Shown here one piece after another: positions 52,565 through 63,035 of a stretch of DNA of 64,000 nt. Numbering within the stretch: the stretch's first letter is position 1; each line of letters starts with the position of its first letter. The position numbers were made by a program, and so were the translations under genes. Location: positions 64,001 to 128,000 of the forward strand of contig CAVPCT010000009.1 in the NCBI GenBank assembly GCA_963702475.1, in the 5' to 3' direction. The notes beneath the pieces are model-generated. The model saw only the letters and a list, made by a program, of their open reading frames with translations. It was not told the origin of the DNA and did no database searches. The stretch is from an uncultured Thermoleophilia bacterium (lineage in GTDB: Bacteria; Actinomycetota; Thermoleophilia; UBA2241).

Positions 52565-53423
52565 TCAGACGGTTGACTCGGATGCAGGCCGGGACTGGTT
52601 CCAGCCGAGGTAGGCGGAGAGGGCGGCGGCCGTCTCCCGCACCGCCGCGGTGCAGAGCTCGCGCTCCTCGGGGCCGAAGCGACCCGAGGGCACGGCGACG
52701 GAGAGGGCCGCGACGACGGTGCCGAGCTGGTCGCGGACGGGGCAGCCGACGGAGCACACACTTTCGAAGAGGCCTTCGATGTCGTAGGCGACGTCGTCCC
52801 GCACGATGTCGTCGAGCTGCCTGCGCCAGAGCCTCGGGATCTGTGACGGTGTACGGCGTGTGTTTGCGCCGCGGCCGCGCGAGGATCTCGGCGCGCCTGT
52901 CGGGCGGCGCGAAGGCGGTGAAGATCTTGCCGTGCACGGCGGCCAGGTCGCCGATGATGCGGCCGGGCGCGATCTGCCGCTGGAACGGGCGCGCGGAGTC
53001 GATGATGCCCGCGCACACGGGCACGCCGTCGACCGGGATCGCGAGGGTGACCGACTCGCCGGTGGTCTCGACGAGCTCCTCGAGGAACGGCCGCGCGAGA
53101 TCGACGAAGTCGGAGTTGTCCTCGGCGACGTAGCTCAGGGCGATGGCGGCAGGCCCGAGGTGGTAGGTGTTCGTGGTGGCGTCGCGCACGAGGAAGTCGG
53201 CGCCTTCGAGCGTGCGCACCATGCGATAGGCGGTCATGCGCAGCAGGCCGGTGCGCGCCGCGATGTCGTCGATGGACCACTCGCGGTGCTCGGCGTCGAA
53301 CAGCGAGAGGATGGAGAGGCCGCGCGCGAGCGCGCGCACGGTGAGCGGGTCGTGCTCCGGCGTACGTTGGCTCCGCCGCCCGGACGCTCCTGGTCCCGCA
53401 ACCTGCGTCGTCGCGCCCGTCAT
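52565..53423 (-). CDS. IclR family transcriptional regulator, paralogue 3; frameshift near 52810
   Basis: VRALARGLSIL, YRMVRTL, TGESVTL, GRIIGD...HGK and PSGRFGP motifs. Confidence 0.9.
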
Positions 53424-53443
53424 GCCGTCCCCCGTCCCGACTC

Positions 53444-53520
53444 TTGCGCGTGAAAACGATACGGGAGTACCATTGTGGGCAAGGGCGCTCCGATATCGCC
53501 GTTGCTATCAGACGATATCA
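53444..53520. promoter_or_regulatory. Divergent control region with CGATA-N6-TACCA (53457-53472) and CGATA-N10-TATCA (53491-53510)
   Basis: AT-richer segment between IclR3 and AthL-like copy 3 containing both palindrome variants. Confidence 0.5.
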
Positions 53521-53612
53521 GCGTTTCCACGCATTGCAAGATGTCTGACGCGAATGTGGCCCGCCCGGCACGTGCGGGCGGCTGCGGTGAAGCCGGTTGG
53601 GGAGGTGCGTGC

Positions 53613-56147
53613 ATGACTGAGCAGGTGTTCACCAATCTGACGAACAACGGTCCCGTCACGGTGTACGTCAAGGACGGCGTGGTGACGCGGGTGCGCCCGC
53701 TGGTCGCCGACGAGTCCGAGTTCAGGCCCTGGGTGATCGAGGCGGACGGCAAGGAGTACTCGCCGCCCAGGAAGTTCAACGTGGCGCCGATGGTGCTCGC
53801 CGAGCGCCGGCGCCTCTACTCCGACGACCGCATCAAGTACCCGATGAAGCGCGTCGACTTCGATCCCGACGGCGAGCGCAACCCGCAGAACCGCGGCAGG
53901 TCGGCCTACGAGCGCATCTCCTGGGACGAGGCGCTCGACCTCGTCTCCGGCGAGATCGCGCGCGTGAAGAAGAAGTACGGCAGCTCCGCGATCAGCGGCA
54001 TGACGTCGTCTCACCACAACTGGGGCATCGTCGGCTACAAGATGGGCCCCTTCATGCGCTTCATGAACTGCCTCGAGGCCACCCCCGTGTTCGACAACCC
54101 GGACAGCTGGGAGGGGTGGCACTGGGGCGCCACGCACACCTACGGGTTCTACTGGCGCCTGGGCATGCCCGAGCCGTTCGACAACCTCCAGGACGTGATG
54201 AAGAACTCCGAGATGATCGTCTTCTGGTCGAACGACCCGGACACCACGCGCGGGACGTACTCGGGGCAGGAGTCGGCCATCTGGCGCACGTGGCTCCACG
54301 AGAAGGGCGTCCAGGCCGTCTTCATCGACCCCTTCCACAACTACACCAACGCCATCTTCTCCGACGCCAAGTGGATCGCGCCGCGCATGGGCACCGACAC
54401 CGCGCTGGCCATGGCGATCGCCTACGTGTGGATCACCGAGGACACCTACGACAAGGAGTACGTCGCCGAGCGCACCATCGGCTTCGACGAGTTCAGGCCC
54501 TACGTGCTCGGCGAGACCGACGGCGTGCCCAAGACGCCCGAGTGGGCGGCGGAGGAGTCGGGCGTCGACGCGCGCGTCATCCGGACGCTCGCGCGCGAGT
54601 GGGCCGAGCAAGCGCACCGCGCTCGCGGCCGGCGCGCGCGGCGGCGAGGGGAGCGCCTGCCGCACCGCCTACGGCACAGAGTGGGCCCGCATGATGGTGC
54701 TCCTCCAGGCCATGCAGGGTCTGGGCAAGCCCGGCATCACCATCGGGGGCGTCTCCATGGGCGCGCCGGCCGAGTTCGACACCTGGTTCCCCGCCTACGC
54801 CGAACCGCGCGGCCGCATGTCGCACTCGACGGTGGCCGCCAAGTACATCCCGCAGAACTCCACGAAGCAGCGGCTCTACAGGCTCACCGTGCCCGACGCC
54901 ATCCTCGACGGGCACGTCGAGTGGTGGGGCGCCGGCTTCTGCGGCCAGTCGCTCGAGCAGCAGTTCGAGCACTTCGTGTACCCCGCCGAGGGCTGCTCCG
55001 AGATCAAGCTCTGGTACCGCTACGGCGGCTCGTTCATGGGCACCATGAGCGACACCAACAAGTGGGTGCGCATGTACCAGAGCCCCAAGCTCGAGTTCGT
55101 CGTGAACCAGGACATCTGGTTCAACAGTGAGACGACGATGGCCGACGTGATCCTGCCGGCCTGCACCAACTTCGAGCGCGACGACCTCGGCGAGTTCGCC
55201 GCCTGCGGCGGCTACACGACGAACTCGCACTCCGGCAACAACTACCGTGTCATCGTCCGCGAGCAGAAGTGCATCGAGCCCCTCTGGGAGTCGCGCTCGG
55301 ACTACCAGATCCTCGCGGCGACTCGCCGAGCGCCTCGGCATGTACGACGAGTTCACCGACGGCGGCAAGACCGAGATCGACTGGGCCAAGGCGTTCTACG
55401 ACGCCTCCGACCTGGCCAGGACGCTGGACTGGGAGACCTTCAACGAGAAGGGCTACCACATCATCAGCGCCCCCGAGCGGTACGAGCCCAAGCCGTGTCT
55501 GCGCTGGTTCGCCGAGGGCCGCGCCTGCGACACGCCCGACACCGGCAACCCCAAGCGCAACATCCCGGAGAAGGCGCACGAGCTCGGCACCTACAGCGGC
55601 AAGATCGAGTTCTCCTCCGAGAGTCTCAAGGCGCACTTCCCCGACGACCAGGAGCGCCCGGTCTCGCCGAGGTACATCGAGAGCTGGGAGGGACACCACA
55701 CCACCGAGCTCTTCGAGAAGTACCCGCTGCAGCTCATGTCGCCGCACCCGCGCTTCTCGTTCCACTGCCACTACGACAAGCACACCGACTGGCTCGACGA
55801 CATCCCCGTCCACCGCATCAAGAAGGACGGGTACGCGTGGTGGCCGGCAAGGCTTCACCCCGCGGACGCCGACGCGAGGGGCATCCGCAACGGCGACCTC
55901 GTGCGGCTGTACAACGACCGCGGGTCGGTGCTCTGCGCCGCGGTGGTCACCGAGCGGGTCCGGCCCGGGCATCATCCACAGCTACGCCTCGTCGGCCAAG
56001 TACGACCCGCTCGAGCCGGGCAAGTCCGACTCCATCGACAAGGGCGGCTGCGTGAACGTGCTCACGCCGTCGCGCATGCTGAGCAAGCACGCGCCCGGCA
56101 TGACGCCCAACTCGTGCCTCATCGACGTCGAGAAGTGGGAGGGCTGA
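53613..56147 (+). CDS. AthL-like Mo-bisPGD oxidoreductase, copy 3; frameshifts at about 54605, 55320 and 55965
   Basis: FTNLTNNGPV, SSHHNWG, DNPDSWEGWHWG, FWSNDPDT, YRYGGSF and PHPRFSFH motifs. Confidence 0.9.
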
Positions 56148-56151
56148 TCCG

Positions 56152-56986
56152 ATGACCCGTCTCGGTCTGCTCATCGATGTCACCAGGTGCAGCGGCTGCT
56201 ACAACTGCTTCCTCGCCTGCCGTGACGAGCACTACGGCAACGACTACCCGGGCTACTCCGCGCCGCAGCCCCTGTACGACCACTTCTGGCTGAAGATCAA
56301 CGAGGTCGAGGGCGGCCGCTACCCGCGCCCCCGGCTCAACTACATCGCCGTCCCGTGCCAGCAGTGCCAGGACGCGCCGTGCATGGCTGCCGCCAAGGAC
56401 GGCGCCGTGTACCGTCGCGCCGACGGCATCGTGATGATCGACCCCGTGAAGGCCAAGGGGCAGGACCAGATCGTCGCCTCCTGCCCGTACCGCGTCATCT
56501 CCTGGAACGAGGAGCTGGAGCTGCCGCAGAAGTGCGGCTTCTGCGCGCACCGTCTGGACGAGGGCGAGAAGGTGCCCCGCTGCGTCGAGGCCTGCCCGAC
56601 CGGCGCCATGGCCTTCGGCGACCTCGACGACCCGCAGTCGGAGATCTCGCTGCGGCTCAAGGAGGTCTCGCCGAGGTGTTCCACCCCGAGTACGAGACCG
56701 GAGCCGAACGTGCTGCTACGCCGGCCTGCCGGGGCGCATGGTGGCCGGCGAGGTCGTGCTCGAAGGCGCCGACGCGTGCGCCGCCGGCGTCAAGGTCACC
56801 CTCAAGGGTGACGGTGAGACGTGCGAGACGCGATCGGGCGTGTTCGGCGACTTCGCCTTCGAGAAGCTGCCGAGGGGCAGGACATACCGCGTCACCGTGG
56901 CGCACGAGGGCTACGCCACGCTGTCGTGCGAGGTGCGGACCCACACCGACGTCGACCTCGGCCAGGTGGTGCTGGCGAAGGCGTGA
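56152..56986 (+). CDS. BthL-like FeS small subunit; frameshifts at about 56670-56720
   Basis: CSGCYNCFLACRDEH..ND, CQQCQDAPC, KCGFCAH and PRCVEACP motifs; C-terminal FGDFAFEKL domain. Confidence 0.88.
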
Positions 56987-57030
56987 GGTGCGTCGCGCGC
57001 GGGCGCGCGACGAGAGAGAGGAACTAGCCG

Positions 57031-57062
57031 GCGGCCGGCTGTCCGAAGGGGCGGCCGGCCGC
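57031..57062 (+). terminator. GC hairpin after the transhydroxylase-like operon
   Basis: GCGGCCGGCTGTCC-GAAG-GGGCGGCCGGCCGC. Confidence 0.55.
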
Positions 57063-57226
57063 TGCCTTCGCGGCCGATGACCCCCGATCTCACGACGGAG
57101 CTGCGTGCAACTCCGCGCCCAGGGCGCGCGCCGAAGCGCCGATGTGCTTGAGCGTGGGGTTGCCGTGCCGGCTCTCGATGCGTCAGCGTGTGCTCGTCGG
57201 GAGGACCGCGTCGTATGATGAATACC

Positions 57227-57547
57227 ATGAACGCGGAGCGTCAGCTGGTTGAGGAGGTCGTCGAACGCCTGCGCGCCGTCGCGGCGCCGGCGCGCGGGAT
57301 CCTGTTCGGCTCGATGGCCATGGGCAGCGCGACCAAGGACAGCGACCGCGATCTCCTCATCCTCTTTGATGCCGTCGCCGACCCGCGTCGTGAGAGCGTC
57401 CGCTTGCGCGAGGCACTGGGCGACATCGACATGCCGGTGGACGTGATCGTCATGACGACGTCGCGTTTCGACGAGACGAAGGACGTCATCGGCGGCATCG
57501 CGTACCCCGCCAACAAGTACGGGAAGGTCATCTATGAGGCCGCCTGA
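57227..57547 (+). CDS. Minimal nucleotidyltransferase (MNT), putative antitoxin
   Basis: LFGS-X10-DRD (GSX10DXD) and PVDVIV; about 106 aa; overlaps the HEPN gene. Confidence 0.85.
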   Translation: MNAERQLVEEVVERLRAVAAPARGILFGSMAMGSATKDSDRDLLILFDAVADPRRESVRLREALGDIDMPVDVIVMTTSRFDETKDVIGGIAYPANKYGKVIYEAA

Positions 57548-57950
57548 GGACGTGGCTCGAGAGCTGGCCCGCGAGTGGCTGGTGAAAGCGGACGTCGACC
57601 TGAGTGCAGCGCGCGCACTCTCGGCACCGGCGCGCACGCCGACGCCGCGGCCTTCCACGCGCAACAGGCCGCCGTGAAGGCGCTCAAGGCGTTTCTCGTC
57701 TGGCACCAAGTGGAGTTCCCCGAAGACGCACGACATCAAGCGACTGCTCGTCCTGTGCCGCCTGGTCGATGTGGACCTTGCTCGGGCACTGGCCGACGCC
57801 GTCGTACTCACGCCTTTCGGTGTGGAGTATCGCTATCCGGGCGACTACCCGCCGGTGTCCGCGGCGGTGGCCGAGGCAGGCGTGGCCAAAGCCGACAGCG
57901 TTGTGGCGCACATCGCGGAACGGCTGGCGGTGGACCTCAGCTCAGGCTGA
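57534..57950 (+). CDS. HEPN domain protein, putative toxin; frameshifts
   Basis: WLVKADVDL, FHAQQAA.KALKA, KTHD and YRYP motifs across frames. Confidence 0.82.
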
Positions 57951-58139
57951 CAGGTCTGCGTGGCCTTGCTCGGGGCACGCTGGGCGAACTGACCCAGAAG
58001 CCGCGACGTGTGCTCTGCCGTGACCGCCGGCGCGATGCACCCCCGGTCGCAGGTGCGCCCAGCCCAGGAGCGCACCTGTGGTCGCTCTCATCAGGAGGTC
58101 ACCAGCGCGGCGGACGGCGGAGCTGGTCCCAAGCGTCGC

Positions 58140-58870
58140 TCAGGCCGGCGCGGCGATGCCCGAGGCCTCGAGCGCGCGCGCGACGAGCCGGCGCACGCGC
58201 TCGACGTGGGCCGCCGCCGCGGCTGCGGCGAGCTCCGCGTCGCGGCCGCGGATGGCGGCCACGATCTGCTCGTGCGTGGCGAACACCTCGTCCTCGGTGC
58301 TGTCCAGCAGCTCCTGGTCCACCGGCAGGAAGAGGTCGGCGCGCACCATGTTCATGGCGAGCGCGAGGCGCGGGCTGTGCGCCGCCTTCGCGATGCTGCG
58401 GTGGATGCCGGCGTCGGCCTGGAACAGGCTCGAGCCCGCCGGCGGTTGTCCCGCTCCTCCTCGAGGGCGCGGTCGATGGCCTCGAGGTCGGCCGCCGTGC
58501 GCCGCTCCGCGGCCAGGGCGGCCAGCCTGCTCTCCACGGTCGTGCGCAGCTCGAAGATGTCGTCGAGCTCGTCGCTGTGCTCGGTCATCCACTGGTGCCA
58601 GCAGCGCTGGAGCGTCTGGATGTCGCTGACGCGCGAGCCGCCGTGGGCCCCGCGTGTGGTGACGAGGTAGCCGGTGCTCTCGAGCGACTTGAGCGCGAGG
58701 CGCAGCGTGACGCGCGAGATGCCGAGTCTGGCGGCGAGCTCCGTGGCGGGTGGCAGCCGGTCGCCGGGGCCCAGCTCGCCCCAGAAGATGAGGGCGCGCA
58801 CGTAGCGCTCGGCGCTCTCGCTCGCCGTGCCCGGCGCCAGGGACATGTCGTCGAAGCCGTGGTCGTCCAC
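58140..58870 (-). CDS. FadR/GntR family regulator; frameshift near 58440
   Basis: LGPGDRLPPATELAARLGISRVTLRLAL, RGAHGGS, ELRTTVE, DAGIHRSIA and HEQIV..I motifs. Confidence 0.88.
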
Positions 58871-58908
58871 CGTCTCGCCCTCCTCGGAACGCCCCGATGA
58901 TAGCAGAC

Positions 58909-58955
58909 TTGACAGGGAAAAAGCTAAATGACTACCATCTATGCAATTGGTGGTC
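58909..58955 (+). promoter_or_regulatory. Promoter TTGACA-18-TACCAT with imperfect inverted repeat GACTACCA...TGGTGGTC
   Basis: -35 at 58909-58914 and -10 at 58933-58938; ACCA/TGGT half-sites typical of FadR-subfamily operators. Confidence 0.6.
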
Positions 58956-58988
58956 GACGACCGGCGCAGGTCGGGACGGGAGGGGCGC

Positions 58989-61181
58989 ATGCCGACGCAG
59001 GTGCACGAGGAGAAGGCCTTGGCAGCCGGACTCATGGCGGAGGCCCTCGAGGCGGGGCGCCCCGCGCTCGACGAGGCGGCCGCGAAGCAGGTCCTGGCAG
59101 CCTACGGGGTACCGGTCCCGGCCGGCGGCGTCGTGCACTCCGCGCCCGAGGCGGTCGATCTGGCGGCCTCGCTGGGCGGCCCCGTCGCCCTGAAGGCCGC
59201 CGGCGCCCTGATCCAGCACAAGACGGAGGCCGGCCTGGTGCTGCTCGACCTGCGCACGCCCGAGGAGGTCGCCGCCGGCTACGCGACGCTCGCGGAGCGC
59301 GCCGGCGACGCCCTGGAGGGCGTGCTCGTCGAGCAGATGGTGGCCGGCAGCCGCGAGTTCCTCATCGGCATGAAGCGCGACGCCGCCTTCGGTCCCGTGG
59401 TGACCTTCGGTCTCGGCGGGACCATGACCGAGGTGTTCCGCGACATCGTCCTGGCGATACCCCCTGTCGCCGACGGCGATGTCGCGGGACTTCTCGGTCT
59501 CATCAAGGCGAGGGCGCTGCTCGGGCCCTTCCGCGGGCAGAAGGCCGTGGACCGCGACAAGGTCGTCGCGGTCTTCCAGGCCGTCGCCCGCCTGGCCGCC
59601 GAGCAGCCGCGCATCGCCGAGATCGACGTGAACCCGCTGCTCATCGCCGGCGACGCGCCGGTGGCCGCCGACGCCCTCATCGTGCTGGGCGCGGAGGCGC
59701 CGCAGGCGCCGGAGCGCCGCGCCTTCACACCCGACATCGAGGCCGTGCTGGCGCCGCGGTCCGTGGCCATCGTCGGCGCCTCCGACCAGGTCGTGAAGTG
59801 GGGCGGGTCGGCGCTGAAGAACATCCTTGCCGGCGGTTTCGAGGGTCCCATCTACCCGATCCACCCCAAGGGCGGCGAGTTCTTCGGCCTGCCCGTGTAC
59901 GCGAGCCTCGCCGACACGCCCGAGCCGCCGGACATGGCGCTCCTGGCCGTCGGCGCCGACCGCGTGCCGCAGATGATCGAGGAGTGCGGGCGGCGCGGCG
60001 TGCGCTGCGCCGTCGCCATCGCCGCCGGCTTCGGCGAGACGGGCGAGGCCGGCGAGCAGGCGGAGCGACACCTGCAGAAGACCGCCGCCGAAGCCGGCGT
60101 CACGCTCATCGGCCCGAACTGCATGGGCATCATCGCGAACGCCACCAGGCTCCATGCGACCGGGTTCATCGCCCTGCATCCGCGCCCGGGCAGGCTGGGC
60201 ATCGTCTCGCAGTCGGGCAACCTCGGCGTGCAGCTCACGGAGCTCGCCGACCGCCGTGACGTCGGCGTGCGCTGCTTCATCGGTGTCGGCAACGAGGCGC
60301 AGGTGAGCGCCGTCGACGTGGTGGAGTACCTGGGCGACGACCCCGAGACCGCCTCGATCCTCACGTACCTGGAGGGCATCGAGGACGGGCGTCACCTGCT
60401 GGAGGTCGCGCACGACACCAGCCTCAAGAAGCCCGTCGTCGTGCTGCGCGGCGGCCTCACCGACCTCGGCGGCAGGGCCGCCGCCTCGCACACCGGCGCC
60501 ATGGCGGGTTCGGCGGCCGTGTACGAAGCGGCCGCGCGCCAGACCGGTCTCGTCACCTGCACCTCGGTGCAGGAGGCGCTCGACCTCACCACCTGTCTGG
60601 CGCACCTGCCGCTGCCGGCCGGTCGCCGCGTGGCCGTGGTCACCAACGGTGGCGGCGCCGGGGTGCTCGCCACCGACGAGATCGCGCGGCACGGGCTCGT
60701 GCTTCCCGAGCTGCCTCCGGACCTCATTGCGGAGATCGACGGCATGCTGCCCTCCTTCTGGAGCCGCCGGAACCCCCTCGACATGGTCGCCATGGCCGGC
60801 GGGGACGTCGCCCACCGCATCCTCACCGCCGTCGCCCAGAGCCCGGCGTTCGACGCGGTGCTCGTGTTGTCGGTCCTCGGCGTGCCCAACACCGGCGACG
60901 AGGTCCGCGCCCAGAGCGGCGGCGGCGACTACGACGACTTCAGCCCCTGGGAGAGGGACTTCCTCGATCTGGTCGCCGACCTCATGGAGGAGACCGGCAA
61001 GCCCATCCTCAACGTCCCCGACCTGCCCATGCGCCGGGCGCTCCACCCCGGCGATCACCTGTACACTCCCGTCGTGGTCGGCACGCCGCGCAACGCCGCG
61101 CTCGCCCTCGAGCGCATGGCGACCTACGGCGCCTGGCGCGCCGCCCACGGCACGAACCCTCGAACGAAGGACCACGCATGA
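58989..61181 (+). CDS. ADP-forming acyl/aryl-CoA synthetase (ACD), fused with the ATP-grasp (beta) part first
   Basis: N-terminal HKTEAG, FGPVVTFGLGG and EIDVNP, followed by PRSVAIVGAS, GPNCMG, SQSG, AASHTG and NPLD. Confidence 0.92.
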   Translation: MPTQVHEEKALAAGLMAEALEAGRPALDEAAAKQVLAAYGVPVPAGGVVHSAPEAVDLAASLGGPVALKAAGALIQHKTEAGLVLLDLRTPEEVAAGYATLAERAGDALEGVLVEQMVAGSREFLIGMKRDAAFGPVVTFGLGGTMTEVFRDIVLAIPPVADGDVAGLLGLIKARALLGPFRGQKAVDRDKVVAVFQAVARLAAEQPRIAEIDVNPLLIAGDAPVAADALIVLGAEAPQAPERRAFTPDIEAVLAPRSVAIVGASDQVVKWGGSALKNILAGGFEGPIYPIHPKGGEFFGLPVYASLADTPEPPDMALLAVGADRVPQMIEECGRRGVRCAVAIAAGFGETGEAGEQAERHLQKTAAEAGVTLIGPNCMGIIANATRLHATGFIALHPRPGRLGIVSQSGNLGVQLTELADRRDVGVRCFIGVGNEAQVSAVDVVEYLGDDPETASILTYLEGIEDGRHLLEVAHDTSLKKPVVVLRGGLTDLGGRAAASHTGAMAGSAAVYEAAARQTGLVTCTSVQEALDLTTCLAHLPLPAGRRVAVVTNGGGAGVLATDEIARHGLVLPELPPDLIAEIDGMLPSFWSRRNPLDMVAMAGGDVAHRILTAVAQSPAFDAVLVLSVLGVPNTGDEVRAQSGGGDYDDFSPWERDFLDLVADLMEETGKPILNVPDLPMRRALHPGDHLYTPVVVGTPRNAALALERMATYGAWRAAHGTNPRTKDHA

Positions 61182-63035
61182 GCACCACCGACGTGACGGC
61201 CGCGGGTGCGGAGACGGCCGCCCCGCAGCTCGAGATCATGTCCGGCAACGAGGCCATCGCCCGCGGCGCCTGGGAGGCCGGCGTGCGCTTCGCCTCGGCC
61301 TACCCGGGCACGCCGAGCACGGAGATCCTGGAGTCGCTCTCGGGCTACGACGACGTGTACGCCGAGTGGGCCCCCAACGAGAAGGTCGCCGTGGAGGCCG
61401 CCACCGGCGCGTCCATGGCCGGCGCCCGCTCCCTGGCCTGCATGAAGCACGTCGGCCTCAACGTGGCCGCCGACCCCTTCTTCTCGGCCTCGCACGTCGG
61501 CGTCACCGGCGGGTTCGTGATCGTCTCCGCCGACGACCCGGACATGCACAGCTCCCAGGACGAGCAGGACAACCGCAACTACGCCAAGTTCGCGAAGATG
61601 CCCATGGTGGAGGCCGGCGACGCCGACGAGGCGCGCCGCTTCATCAAGGCCGCCTACGAGATCAGCGAGCGGTTCGACGCCCCGGTCCTGTTCCGCACGA
61701 CGACCCGCACCTCGCACTCCCAGGGCGTCGTGACGCCCGGCGAGCGCGAAGCCCACGACGAGCCCATCCTCGTCCTCGACCGCGACCCGGCCAAGCACAT
61801 CATGATGCCGCACAACGCCAGGCCGCGGCACGAGTTCATCGAGCGGCGCCTGCTCGAGCTCGCCGAGTTCGCCGAGACCACCGACCTGAACCAGGTCGAG
61901 ATGGGCGACACGCGCGCCGGCATCATCACGTCCGGCGCGGCCTACGGCTACGCCCGCGAGGCGTTCCCGGCCGCGAGCTTCCTCAAGCTGGGCATGACGT
62001 ACCCGCTGCCCGCCGGCCTCATCGCCGACTTCCGCGCCAAGGTCGACAAGCTGTACGTCGTCGAGGAGCTCGACCCGTTCCTGGAGGAGCTCATCCGCCT
62101 GCAGGGCGTGCACGGTGGACGGCGGCAAGGACATCCTGCCGCTCACCGGCGAGTTCAGCCCCGGCCTCGTGGCCCGTGCCCTGCACGAGGCCGGCGTGCC
62201 CGGCGTCGACGAGAGCCTGCTGGTCGTGCCCGAGCGCGCCCCCGACGACCTGCCGGACCGCCCGCCGACGCTGTGCCCCGGCTGCTCGCACCGCGGCGTC
62301 TTCGTCGCCCTGCGCAAGCTGCGCGCCTTCGTGAGCGGCGACATCGGCTGCTACAGCCTGGCGGCCCTGGCCCCGTTCAACGCCATGCACTGCAGTACGT
62401 GCATGGGCGCCGGCATCAGCATGGCGCACGGCATGGCCAAGGTCCTCGACGAGGGTGCCGACAAGAAGAACCGCCCCGTGGCCATCATCGGCGACAGCAC
62501 CTTCTTCCACTCCGGCATCACGTCGCTCCTGGACGTCGCCTACAACAGGAGCAACGTGGTCACCATCATCCTGGACAACCGCACCACCGCCATGACCGGC
62601 GGCCAGGAGAACCCCGGCATGGGCAAGTCCCTCATGGGGCAGGCCGCGCCGGAGGTCGACATCCCGGCCCTGGTGCGCGCTCTCGGCATCACCAGCATCC
62701 ACGAGATCGACCCGCTGGACGTCGCGCAGACGCAGGCCGTGCTCAAGGAGGCGATCGAGGCGCAGGAGCCGTCGGTCGTCATCGCCACGTCGCCGTGCGT
62801 GCTCGAGTACAAGATCAAGCGCGAGGCGTACCACGTGGAGGCGGCCGAGTGCACCGGCTGCAAGGTCTGCCTGCGGGCGGGGTGCACGGCGCTGAGCCTG
62901 TACAAGGACGAGGCCGGCGAGCGCAAGGTGGAGATCGACCCGGTGGCCTGCAGCGGCTGCAGCGTGTGCGCCCAGCTCTGCAACTTCGAGGCGATCAAGG
63001 CGCCTCAGCCCAAGGGTGGGGAGGAGGCCCGATGA
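61178..63035 (+). CDS. iorA: Indolepyruvate:ferredoxin oxidoreductase alpha subunit; frameshift near 62112
   Basis: GNEAIARG, YPGTPSTE, MKHVGLNVA, RPPTLCPGCSHR, GDIGCY, GDSTFFHSG, TAMTGGQ and two C-terminal ferredoxin motifs. Confidence 0.95.

Noticed and set aside
42127-53133. Very long antisense ORFs (e.g. 42127-44676 +, 49969-53133 +)
   Set aside because: Shadow ORFs of high-GC coding strands with no recognisable motifs; the same applies to 58932-61175 (-) and similar ORFs
49888-53280. 1130-aa ORF read as an IclR-molybdoenzyme fusion
   Set aside because: The extension is an off-frame read through the IclR gene; the Mo enzyme has its own RBS and ATG at 52518
41998-56147. Selenocysteine in the Mo/W enzymes
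   Set aside because: Predicted metal ligands are Ser (PDSW) or Cys (YVCH), with no in-frame TGA at those sites
4270-62112. Programmed ribosomal frameshifting
   Set aside because: Breaks are numerous, affect unrelated gene families and lack consistent slippery sites or stimulatory structures
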